Shown: one piece after another, positions 1 to 10,879 of the stretch | Layout of the letters: the number at the start of each line of letters is the position of its first letter | How positions within the stretch are numbered: position 1 is the first letter of the stretch | NCBI GenBank assembly: GCA_032718475.1 | Contig: JAUCBJ010005191.1 | Coordinates: 91 to 64,090, forward strand | Length of the DNA: 64,000 bases | Source of the DNA: Nemertoderma westbladi | Taxonomy: Eukaryota; Animalia; Xenacoelomorpha | Direction of reading: 5' to 3' | Translations under genes and position numbers: made by a program | Notes under the pieces: model-generated | The model's database searches: none | The model's input: only the letters and a program-made list of their open reading frames with translations | What the model was told of the DNA's origin: nothing

Positions 1-700
1 TCTTCACCCTCTTCCTGACCTTCACTTTCTTCATCCTCTTCCCCACCTTCACTTCTTCATCCTCTTCCTGTTCTTCACTTTCTTCATCTTCCTGACCTTC
101 ACTTTCTTCGTCCTCTTCTTGAGCTTCACTTTCTTCATCCTCTTCCTGTTCTTCACTTTCTTCATTCTCTTCCTGACCTTCGCTTTCTTCACCCTCTTCC
201 TGACCTTCACTTTCTTCGTCCTCTTCCTGTTCTTCACTTTCTTCATTCTCTTCCTGACCTTCGCTATCTTCACCCTCTTCTTGACCTTCACTTTCTTCAT
301 CCTCTTCCTGATCTTCCTGACCTTCACTTTCTTCGTTCTCAACTTCACTTTCTTCAACTTCATCCTGACCCTCACTATTTTCATTCTCCATCTCATCATC
401 CTCTTCTTCTCCATCTTTCTCACTCAAATTTTCTTCATTTTCTAGGGGTAACTGTTTTTGTATCCCTATCAAAATATTCATAACTTTATGAAATTTATTT
501 TCCATTGTCTGTTTTATCTTTAATATATCACGCTCATCTCTCTTTTTCTTTTCATCTTCACTAAAAATATCTTCGGATTTTTTAAATTTCTTTGGTAATG
601 GATCCATTAGTTTCTCCTTTCTATGTCTTTCCATATGACGAGATAGATTGTCTTGTCTCATTTCTTTATTACAAACCAAACATCTTTCATCTCTATGCAT
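1..700 (-). CDS. Partial ORF (no stop in window): N-terminal C2H2-type zinc finger, charged helical segment, long Glu/Asp-rich 27-bp repeat tract; possibly from a Maverick/Polinton-type element
   Basis: ATG at 700-698 reads MHRDERCLVCNKEMRQDNLSRHMERHRKEKLMDPLPKKF...LPLENEENLSEKDGEEEDDEMENENSEGQDEVEE... (C-x2-C-x11-H-x3-H). The frame stays open to the window edge, with an apparent 1-nt slip near 52. It is absent from the ORF track because it has no stop. Confidence 0.6.
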   Translation of the reverse strand, partial: MHRDERCLVCNKEMRQDNLSRHMERHRKEKLMDPLPKKFKKSEDIFSEDEKKKRDERDILKIKQTMENKFHKVMNILIGIQKQLPLENEENLSEKDGEEEDDEMENENSEGQDEVEESEVENEESEGQEDQEEDEESEGQEEGEDSEGQEENEESEEQEEDEESEGQEEGEESEGQEENEESEEQEEDEESEAQEEDEESEGQEDEESEEQEEDEEVKVGKRMKKVKVRKRVK

Positions 701-1129
701 TATATAGTAATGTCAATTGATTGTTTTGAATTTTCGCTAAATGAATAAAACGTTTATGAAAATAAATAAAACTTTTAAAAATAAAAATTAGAGAATGAAT
801 GGGAATGCGGTGAACGGGGGCTATTATAGAGGGAGGCTAGAATGGAGTTGTGAAAGAAGAATAATCTATTGCAAGCCAGATGTTTCTTGAATTTTTCTCA
901 GGCGTATTTGGCAATGGTCGTGTGGTGTGTAATTAATGGTTGCAGTTGGCCTATGTGCGATTCGGGGTTACTGTTGGCGCGTAAGATGTAAACCTATGGT
1001 TTCCAATCTTACATGGTAACGAAGCTGGAGGCTTAAATAATTTACAGCTCGATGCAACCCCCACGTACACTTTGACATACAGTACCTCTATAAGGCGCAG
1101 AAAGAGTCCCGACTCAAACAGACAGAAAA

Positions 1130-1695
1130 CGTAAGGGAAAGGCATGGGCAGCCTTGAATAGGCTTTCCAGGATTTGGAAGTCACAGAGAATTGATCGGAA
1201 ACTTGAGGTCCGATTATTTAGAGCAGCAGTAGTTCCAGTACTCCTCTATGGGAGTCCATACTGGGCTCGAACTGCTGAGGACACCAAATCTCTGGATGGC
1301 ACATTTACAAGCATGCTACGCCGGGTTCATTGTGTCAAGTACAATGCACACATCTCAAACTAGGCACTATATAACATTGGAGGTGTCTCATTGGTTCCCC
1401 CAAGCTTGACCCTAGAACAAAGTCGACCCCGCTTTGCAGGACATTGCTTTCGCCGTGAGGACCAGCCAGTGCATAATCTTGTGCTTTGGCCACCTCATGG
1501 AGTGAATAAGCATGGTGGACAGCCCATGACTTTCTTGAGACGCATCTTAAAGGACACTGGTCTTGAAGATGCGGATGATCTAGCAAATGTCATGGGTGAT
1601 AGGGAGTTGTGGCGGTGCAATTTTGTCGATAAGCCGGCACAGCATTCTTAAAAATACAGCTGCAATGCAACATGCCGATCCTAGTAGTAGTAGTA
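1130..1695 (+). mobile_element. 5'-truncated, decayed RTE-clade non-LTR retrotransposon (3' end) with (TAG)n tail
   Basis: Translates RKGKAWAALNRLSRIWKS...PVLLYGS.YW...LDGTFTSMLRR...RFAGHCFRR, typical of the RTE ORF C-terminus. In-frame stop at 1361-1363. Ends CTAGTAGTAGTAGT. Near-identical to the inverted copy at 34619-35605. Confidence 0.85.
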
Positions 1696-2575
1696 TGCCT
1701 CCAATGTTACTAACTTTGTCTACTGTTCAACTTGAGTTTTTACACTAAATACCCAAATGTACTCAATCATTCTCTCTCAATGATAACATATCAAATTGAA
1801 ACTGTAATCTATGGGTAGTCACAGGCAGTAATTGTTACTTAACACTAATACCAGAATGGACGTCATACAAAACAACTCAACAGACAAATCACCCAATCAA
1901 CTGACAGAGTTATGATACTGGAATATCTTTAGGTTCTTCCTGTTCTATCCTAAGTGCTTTTATATCACGTTAGATGGCGTGCGATGCCAAATGTATGTTT
2001 TAATATTGCGTAATCCATCTGATCTGCTGAGTGCTGATTCCTGATTGCTGACCAAGCTGCCAAGAACTATTCTAATTTGTTGTTTACTTTACACGTTCAG
2101 ACGTTCTTAGCTTCTTGCTACCATAGTTATATAATTATTGCAATCGAAATAATCACGACACTGCACGACTGCACTACTGTTGTAGGTAAAGACTGAAAGA
2201 AGTAAAACTAATCTTTATTTACACCAAGTAGGCCTTGATTTACACTTGAGACTTGACTACCTACTGGCCTACCGGTACTACTACGCAAACTACTGCATAA
2301 TATTTGATTTTAAAATAAAAACTGTATATGAAACCTGTCTTTGCTGTTTGCGGGGTACTACTGCTGTAACTGAAACGGTGTAACCTTGTGCTCCATTACC
2401 GGTACCAGGTACTGCCACAGTGCCACACCTGCACACCGACCTGCGGACTGCGGACAGACTATCTGACTATCAAGAGGTGCGCCCTCTATACCAAACGGCA
2501 AAACTGTATAACAAAGGCGGAACTTGAAGTTAGACTCTATTTCTATAAAGGGCCTCAAATATCAACACCGAAATT

Positions 2576-3679
2576 ATGTTACCGGTACGATTTCTGATCG
2601 CCTCCCGTCCGATCTGCCGGTATCCCAACCGATTATCGACGCTCTCTTCCCGTTGTGTCAGCTCGCTCCCCGCCCGTTCCCATCTACCCTCTGTTGTACA
2701 TAAACCCGTCCTACTTCGCGATCTCCCCGTCCACCGTCTCGCGTCTACCGGTACCGGTAGGCCTACAGCCCCCAGCGGTGCCGGTACCTGGTCCCGCATT
2801 AAGGAGCGCGCCACACGCCCAGCCACCGGGGAGGCCCATGCCTGGGGCCAGCTCGCCCTTATGGGCGCGGGCGCTCTGGGTCTGGCCGCCCTGTGTCTGT
2901 ACGGCGTGCTGGGCGTCTCCGAGCAGGAAGGAGTGACCGAGCGGGCCGCGTTGTGGCCGGATTACGTGCGGCGACGGGTCCGCGCCACCTACGAGTACCT
3001 CGCTGCCGGGTTGGCCTTTACGACCGCCGGTGCCGTCGCAGCCACCCGCAGTCCCGTCGTTATGAACCTAATGATGCGCAACTCCCTGGTCTCCTTTGCC
3101 GTAACCATGGCGGCGATCATCGGTTCCGGGATGGTCGTCCGAAGTATTCCGTATAAACCCGGCGTCGGTGCCAAACAGTTGGCCTTCCTCGGCCACACCG
3201 CGCTGATGGGCGCTATTCTGGCGCCGTTGACGCTCCTCGGAGGCGCCGTAATGCTCCGCGCGGCGGCCTACACCGCAGGCGTTGTGGGCGGTCTCTCAGC
3301 CGTCGCGGTCTCCGCCCCTTCCGATAAGTTCCTCTACATGGGCGGGGCCCTCGGTATCGGGTTCGGGGTCGTCCTAGCGGCCACCGTCGCTAACCTCTTC
3401 CTCCCGCCCCACACCGCCCTCGGCTCCGGCCTCTACGCTCTCGGTGTTTACGGCGGACTCATCCTCTTCTCCGGGTTCCTCCTCTACACGACCCAACGGG
3501 CCGTCCACCTCGCCGAAAGCTACCCGATGACCCCCGGGGAGCGACAGGCCACCTTCCAGTACCCGGGGATGCGCCAGTTCGATCCCGTAGATAACTGCAT
3601 GGGGATCTACGCCTCCATCCTAAACATATTCATTAGGATCGCCATGATAGTCGGTGGCGGCGGAGGCCGAAAGAAATAA
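2576..3679 (+). CDS. GHITM: Growth hormone-inducible transmembrane protein (GHITM/TMBIM5/MICS1), Bax inhibitor-1 family; intronless
   Basis: 367-aa ORF with an Arg/Ser-rich mitochondrial-presequence-like N-terminus. Motifs LCLYG, WPDYVRRRVRATY, AAAYTAGVVGGLSAVAVSAPSDKFLYMGG, YGGLILFSGFLLY and FDP...IY..ILNIFIRIA...GGRKK match GHITM. GC-rich coding-like composition. Confidence 0.95.
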   Translation: MLPVRFLIASRPICRYPNRLSTLSSRCVSSLPARSHLPSVVHKPVLLRDLPVHRLASTGTGRPTAPSGAGTWSRIKERATRPATGEAHAWGQLALMGAGALGLAALCLYGVLGVSEQEGVTERAALWPDYVRRRVRATYEYLAAGLAFTTAGAVAATRSPVVMNLMMRNSLVSFAVTMAAIIGSGMVVRSIPYKPGVGAKQLAFLGHTALMGAILAPLTLLGGAVMLRAAAYTAGVVGGLSAVAVSAPSDKFLYMGGALGIGFGVVLAATVANLFLPPHTALGSGLYALGVYGGLILFSGFLLYTTQRAVHLAESYPMTPGERQATFQYPGMRQFDPVDNCMGIYASILNIFIRIAMIVGGGGGRKK

Positions 3680-3941
3680 GTTGCTTTACTTGCAAAACTC
3701 GTTACTCTAAAACGCAGCTGTTACTACAAAGACAAACGAGTTCACTTTACATTTCTAGTAATATAAACTTACTTTACTAGTAATATAAACTTACATTACA
3801 GCGCTCCTACAGCACCTAATGCATATTTATTATTAAATAATCGCGTTTTAGTCGCCTTCTTTCTATCAACTTAAACTTTTGCAACTCAATCGTCTATTTG
3901 AACGAATTCATCCATTTTTGTTCTTGTAAGTTTTGTTTTGG

Positions 3942-5982
3942 TTCAGCCACCGCAATGTTATTAGTCACTGTGGTTTACGTGCAAGCCGCACTAATAATAT
4001 ATCATTCAGCCACCGCAATGTTATTAGTCACTGTGGTTTATGTGCAAGCTGCACTAATAATATATCATTCAGCCACCGCAATGTTATTAGTCACTGTGGT
4101 TTACATGCAAGCCGCACTAATATATCATTCAGCCACCGCAATGTTATTAGTCACTGTGGTTTACGTGCAAGCCGCACTAATAATATATCATTCAGCCACC
4201 GCAATGTTATTAGTCACTGGTTTACATGCAAGCCGCACTAATAATAAATCATTCAGCCACCGTAATGTTATTAGTCGCTGTGGTTTACATGCAAGCCGCA
4301 CTAATAATAAATCATTCAGCCATCGCAATGTTATTAGTCATTGTGGTTTACATGCAAGCCGCACTAATAATATATCATTCAGCCACCTTAATGTTATTAG
4401 TCACTGTGGTTTACGTGCAAGCCGCACTAATAATATATCATTCAGCCACCGCAATGTTATTAGTCGCTGTGGTTTACGTGCAAGCCGCACTAATAATATA
4501 TCATTCAGCCACCGTAATATTATTAGTCACTGTGGTTTACGTGCAAGCCGCACTAATAATATATCATTCAGCCACCGCAATGTTATTAGTCACTGTGGTT
4601 TACATGCAAGCCGCACTAATAATAAATCATTCAGCCACCGTAATGTTATTAGTCGCTGTGGTTTACATGCAAGCCGCACTAATAATATATCATTCAGCCA
4701 CCGCTATGTTTTTAGTCACTGTAGTTTACGTGCAAGCCGCACTAATAATATATCATTCAGCCACCGCAATGTTATTAGTCACTGTGGTTTACATGCAAGC
4801 CGCACTAATAATATATCATTCAACCACCGCATTGTTATTAGTCACTGTGGTTTACATGCAAGCCGCACTAATAATATATCATTCAGCCACCGCAATGTTA
4901 TTAGTCACTGTGGTTTACATGCAAGCCGCACTAATAATATATCATTCAGCCACCGTAATATTATTAGTACTGTGGTTTACGTGCAAGCCGCACTAATAAT
5001 ATATCATTCAGCCACCGCAATGTTATTAGTCACTGTGGTTTACATGCAAGCCGCACTAATAATAAATCATTCAGCCACCGTAATGTTATTAGTCGCTGTG
5101 GTTTACATGCAAGCCGCACTAATAATATATCATTCAGCCACCGCAATGTTATTAGTCACTGTGGTTTACATGCAAGCCGCACTAATAATAAATCATTCAG
5201 CCACCGTAATGTTATTAGTCGCTGTGGTTTACATGCAAGCTGCACTAATAATATATCATTCAGCCACCGTAATGTTATTAGTCATAGTCACTGTGGTTTA
5301 CGCGCAAGCCGCACTAATAATATATCATTCAGCCACCGCAATGTTATTAGTCACTGTGGTTTACATGCAAGCCGCACTAATAATATATCATTCAGCCACC
5401 GCAATGTTATTAGTCACTGTGGTTTACATGCAAGCCACACTAATAATATATCATTCAGCCACCGCAATGTTATTAGTCACTGTGGTTTACATGCAAGCCG
5501 CACTAATAATATATCATTCAGCCACCGCAATGTTATTAGTCACTGTGGTTTACATGCAAGCCGCACTAATAATATATCATTCAGCCACCGCAATGTTATT
5601 AGTCGCTGTGGTTTACATGCAAGCCGCACTAATAATAAATCATTCAGCCATCGCAATGTTATTAGTCATTGTGGTTTACATGCAAGCCGCACTAATAATA
5701 TATCATTCAGCCACCGCAATGTTTTTAGTCACTGTAGTTTACGTGCAAGCCGCACTAATAATATATCATTCAGCCACCGTAATGTTATTAGTCACTGTGG
5801 TTTACATGCAAGCTGCACTAATAATATATCATTCAGCCACCGCAATGTTATTAGTCATAGTCACTGTGGTTTACGTGCAAGCCCCACTAATAATATATCA
5901 TTCAGCCACCGTAATGTTATTAGTCGCTGTGGTTTACATGCAAGCCGCACTAATAATATATCATTCAGCCACCGTAATGTTA
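3942..5982. repeat. 63-bp minisatellite, about 32 copies; each unit an imperfect palindrome
   Basis: Unit TCAGCCACCGCAATGTTATTAGTCACTGTGGTTTACATGCAAGCCGCACTAATAATATATCAT, period 63 (3943 to 4006). Confidence 0.95.
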
Positions 5983-6911
5983 TCGCACGCGATGCAAGTC
6001 GCATTTTTCCAAAATTCACTTTTTCTGGCTCTTATAAAATGCACTCTACCTAATGGTATAATCGAGAACACCGTATCTACTCTAGTTCTCGAGATGTTCA
6101 ATGTAAAAAGGTCGTAAGTCACAACATATGTATGTATAGTGTTACAAAGGTAAAAGACCGTAAGTGCAATACAAAAGACCGCAACTACTTAAATTTATAC
6201 AAAAAAACCGTCAGTCAACAAGACTTGTGGCTTTTTGTCATTGCAAAGATAATAAGAAAATGCACATCCGGTTTTATTGAAATATGTCTTTTGACTTGGT
6301 GGTTTTTTAATATTTGCAGAAAGGCGCGAAATTCAAAATCGAAATTTCACCAAGTATATAACTTGCGGTGTTTTATCATCATATAGCTCTATGCTACGGA
6401 ACAATCTGCCTTCTAATGAACAGACATTGCATTGCATTAAGATAAACCCTAGGTAAACGTGACTACATTTTAATACTTAATTAGGGTTATATATCCTTGT
6501 AGTGGTAACAGTTTTGTTCTCATAATATTTATTGTGTATTATTATGCATATTGTTGACTTTTTGGGAAATTGTGTAGGAGGTGAAGGCGGTGGTGAAATC
6601 ACCGCCTAATAAAATTTCGAGTTATCACCGTTAAAATGTAAGTCCAGCCAGAGGCTGACCAATAGTCAAACAGATTAGATTCTACCGAACATAAAAATTA
6701 CATCATAAAGGAAATTACAGACCTCGAAAACCACAATAATTTAGCTCTGGTGTGCTTCCTTCATGCCAGACATTATTAACCAACCAGACCCCATACAGGT
6801 AGTTTTGAGTGGGAAGATTTAAACTTTCAAGGCAATTTTCTCGGAATGAAATTTTCCAGGCAAAAAACACTACTCTCATTTAAACGTTTTTGTAATTTTT
6901 GCTTCATATGA

Positions 6912-9900
6912 TGGGTTTGTTTATAGTAAGTTTGTTTATATGTGTTCCATACCAATTAGGTATGTTTATATGCATTCCGTACCAGTTAGGTTTATTTATA
7001 TGCATTCCATACCATTTTGGTTTATTTATATGCGTTCCATGTCGATTAGGTTTGTTTATATGCGTTCTGTACCAATTAGGTTTGTTAATATACATCCCAT
7101 ACCATTAGGTTTGTATATAAGCGTTCTGTACCAATTAGGTATGTTTATATGCGTTCCATACCAATTAGGTTTGTTTATAAGCATCCCATACCAATTAGGT
7201 TTATTTATATGCGTTCTGTACCGATTAGGCTTGTTTATATATGTTCAGTATACTGATTAGGTTTGTTTATATGTGTTCTGTACCAATTAGGTTTGTTAAT
7301 ATACATCCCATACCATTAGGTTTGTATATAAGCGTTCTGTGCCAATTAGGTATGTTTATATGTGTTCCATACCAATTAGGTATGTTTATATGCATTCCGT
7401 ACCAGTTAGGTTTATTTATATGCATTCCATACCATTTTGGTTTATTTATATGCGTTCCATGTCGATTAGGTTTGTTTATATGCGTTCTGTACCAATTAGG
7501 TTTGTTAATATACATCCCATACCATTAGGTTTGTATATAAGCGTTCTGTACCAATTAGGTATGTTTATATGCGTTCCATACCAATTAGGTTTGTTTATAA
7601 GCATCCCATACCAATTAGGTTTATTTATATGCGTTCTGTACCGATTAGGCTTGTTTATATATGTTCAGTATACTGATTAGGTTTGTTTATATGTGTTCTG
7701 TACTAATTAGGTTTATTTATATGCGTTCCATACCAATTAGGTTTGTTTATAAGCATTCCATACCAATTAGGTTTATTTATATGCGTTCTGTACCGATTAG
7801 GTTTGTTTATATGCGTTCAGTATACCGATTAGGTTTGTTTATATGCCTTCCGTACCGATTATGTTTGTTTATAAGCGCTCCGTACCAATTATGTTTGTTT
7901 ATAAGCGTTCCGTACCGATTAGGTTTGTTTATATGCGTTCAGTATACCGATTAGGTTTGTTTATATGCGTTCCATACCGATTATGTTTGTTTATAAGCGT
8001 TCCGTACCGATTAGGTTTGTTTATATACGTTCAGTATACCGATTAGGTTTGTTTATATGCGTTCAGTATACCGATTAGGTTTGTTTATATGCGTTCCATA
8101 CCGATTATGTTTGTTTATAAGCGTTCCGTACCGATTAGGTTTGTTTATATACGTTCAGTATACCGATTAGGTTTGTTTATAAGCGTGCCGTACCGATTAT
8201 GTTTGTTTATAAGCGTTCCGTACTGATTAGGTTTGTTTATATGTGTTCCGTACCGATTATGTTTGTTTATAAGCATTATGTTTGTTTATAGGCGTTTCGT
8301 ACCAATTAGTTTGTTTATATGCGTTCTGTACCAATTAGGTTGGTTTATATGCATTCTGTACCAATTATGTTTGTTTATATGCGTTCCGTACCGATTATGT
8401 TTGTTTATAAACGTTCCATACCAATTAGGTTTGTTTATATGCGTTCTGTACCGATTAGGTTTGTTTATAAGCGTTCCGTACTGATTAGGTTTGTTTATAT
8501 ACGTTCCGTACCGATTATGTTTGTTTATAGGCGTTCCATACCAATTAGGTTTGTTTATATACGTTCAGTATACCGATTAGGTTTGTTTATATACGTTCAG
8601 TATACCGATTAGGTTTGTTTATATGCGTCCTGTACCAATTAGTTTGTTTATATGTGTCCCGTACCAATTAGTTTGTTTATATGCGTCCCGTACCAATTAG
8701 TTTGTTTATATGCGTTCCGTACCGATTATGTTTGTTTATAGGCGTTCCATACCAATTAGGTTTGTTTATATACGTTCAGTATACCGATTAGGTTTGTTTA
8801 TATACGTTCAGTATACCGATTAGGTTTGTTTATATGCGTCCCGTACCAATTAGTTTGTTTATATGTGTCCCGTACCAATTAGTTTGTTTATATGCGTCCC
8901 GTACCAATTAGTTTGTTTATATGCGTTCCGTACCGATTATGTTTGTTTATAAGCGTTCCGTACCAATTATGTTTGTTTATAAGCGTTCCGTACCGATTAT
9001 GTTTGTTTATATGCGTTCCATACCAATTATGTTTGTTTATATGCGTTCCATACCGATTAGGTTTGTTTATATGCGTTCCATACCAATTATGTTTGTTTAT
9101 ATGCGTTCCATACCGATTATGTTTGTTTATAAGCGTTCCATACCGATTAGGTTTGTTTATATGCGTTCTGTACCAATTATGTTTGTTTATATGCGTTCCA
9201 TACCGATTATGTTTGTTTATATGCGTTCCATACCGATTATGTTTGTTTATATGCGTTCCATACCAATTATGTTTGTTTATATGCGTTCTGTACCAATTAT
9301 GTTTGTTTATAAGCGTTCCATACCGATTAGGTTTGTTTATATGCGTTCTGTACCAATTATGTTTGTTTATATGCGTTTCATTCCAATTATGTTTGTTTAT
9401 ATGCGTTCCGTACCGATTATGTTTGTTTATAAGCGTTCTGTACCAATTATGTTTGTTTATAAGCGTTCCGTACCGATTATGTTTGTTTATATGCGTTCCA
9501 TACCAATTATGTTTGTTTATATGCGTTCCATACCGATTAGGTTTGTTTATATGCGTTCCATACCGATTAGGTTTGTTTATATGCGTTCAGTATACCGATT
9601 AGGTTTGTTTATATGCGTTCTGTACCAATTATGTTTGTTTATAAGCGTTCCGTACCAATTATGTTTGTTTATAAGCGTTCCGTACCGATTATGTTTGTTT
9701 ATATGCGTTCCATACCAATTATGTTTGTTTATATGCGTTCCATACCGATTAGGTTTGTTTATATGCGTTCCATACCGATTAGGTTTGTTTATATGCGTTC
9801 AGTATACCGATTAGGTTTGTTTATATGCGTTCTGTACCAATTATGTTTGTTTATAAGCGTCCCGTACCAATTAGTTTGTTTATATGCGTTCCGTACCAAT

Positions 9901-10684
9901 TATGTTTGTTTATATGCGTTCCATACCGATTATGTTTGTTTATATGCGTTCCATACCAATTATGTTTGTTTATATGCGTTCTGTACCAATTATGTTTGTT
10001 TATAAGCGTTCCATACCGATTAGGTTTGTTTATATGCGTTCTGTACCAATTATGTTTGTTTATATGCGTTTCATTCCAATTATGTTTGTTTATATGCGTT
10101 CCGTACCGATTATGTTTGTTTATAAGCGTTCCGTACCAATTATGTTTGTTTATAAGCGTTCCGTACCGATTATGTTTGTTTATATGCGTTCCATACCAAT
10201 TATGTTTGTTTATATGCGTTCCATACCGATTAGGTTTGTTTATATGCGTTCCATACCGATTAGGTTTGTTTATATGCGTTCAGTATACCGATTAGGTTTG
10301 TTTATATGCGTTCTGTACCAATTATGTTTGTTTATAAGCGTTCCGTACCAATTATGTTTGTTTATAAGCGTTCCATACCAATTAGGTTTGTTTATATGCG
10401 TTCCATACCGATTAGGTTTTTTTATATGCGCTCCGTACCGATTAGGTTTGTTTATATGCGTTCCGTACCGATTAGGTTTGTTTATATGCGTTCTGTACCA
10501 ATTATGTTTGTTTATAAGCGTTCCGTACCAATTATGTTTGTTTATAAGCGTTCCGTACCGATTGGGTTTGTTTTTATGCGTTCTGTACCGATTAGGTTTG
10601 TTTATAAGCGTTCCGTACCGATTATGTTTGTTTATAAGCGTTCCGTACCGATTGGGTTTGTTTATATGCGTTCCGTACCGATTA
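6912..10684. repeat. ~30-bp minisatellite, about 125 copies, with a 420-bp higher-order duplication; ends ~20 bp before an ARFGEF3 acceptor
   Basis: Unit CCGATTATGTTTGTTTATATGCGTTCCATA with variants. 6961-7260 is repeated at 7381-7680. Confidence 0.95.
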
Positions 10685-10704
10685 ATAGTTCCCTACCGTT
10701 TCAG

Positions 10705-10879
10705 ATCATTTATATTCATTATCCTCCCACCCGAAGACGGAGGAGAACTTATATCGTCTCCAACAACTCGAACAACAATCCGAGTTCCTCTCAGAAACAT
10801 CGTCGTCGGATTGGTCGCTCACCAACTCATACTCCAGTTGCTAGGCAACCTGCTACTGGAGCTAAACCCACCCAACGAG
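10705..10879 (+). CDS. ARFGEF3: ARFGEF3 internal exon (phase 2 to 0)
   Basis: tttcag|A TCA TTT...AAC GAG|gttagt; SFIFIILPPEDGG...IRVPLRNIVVGLVAHQLILQLLGNLLLE. Confidence 0.88.

Noticed and set aside
49-445. Lys/Arg-rich (-) and Phe/Leu-rich (+) ORFs in the track
   Set aside because: They are alternative frames of the acidic repeat in the 700-to-1 ORF.
6578-6798. Possible further ARFGEF3 exon(s) (EVKAVVKSPPNKISSYHR; SGVLPSCQTLLTNQTPY ending in phase 2 at ag|gtagt)
   Set aside because: The first segment hits a stop and neither has recognisable BIG3 similarity. Phase compatibility alone is insufficient.
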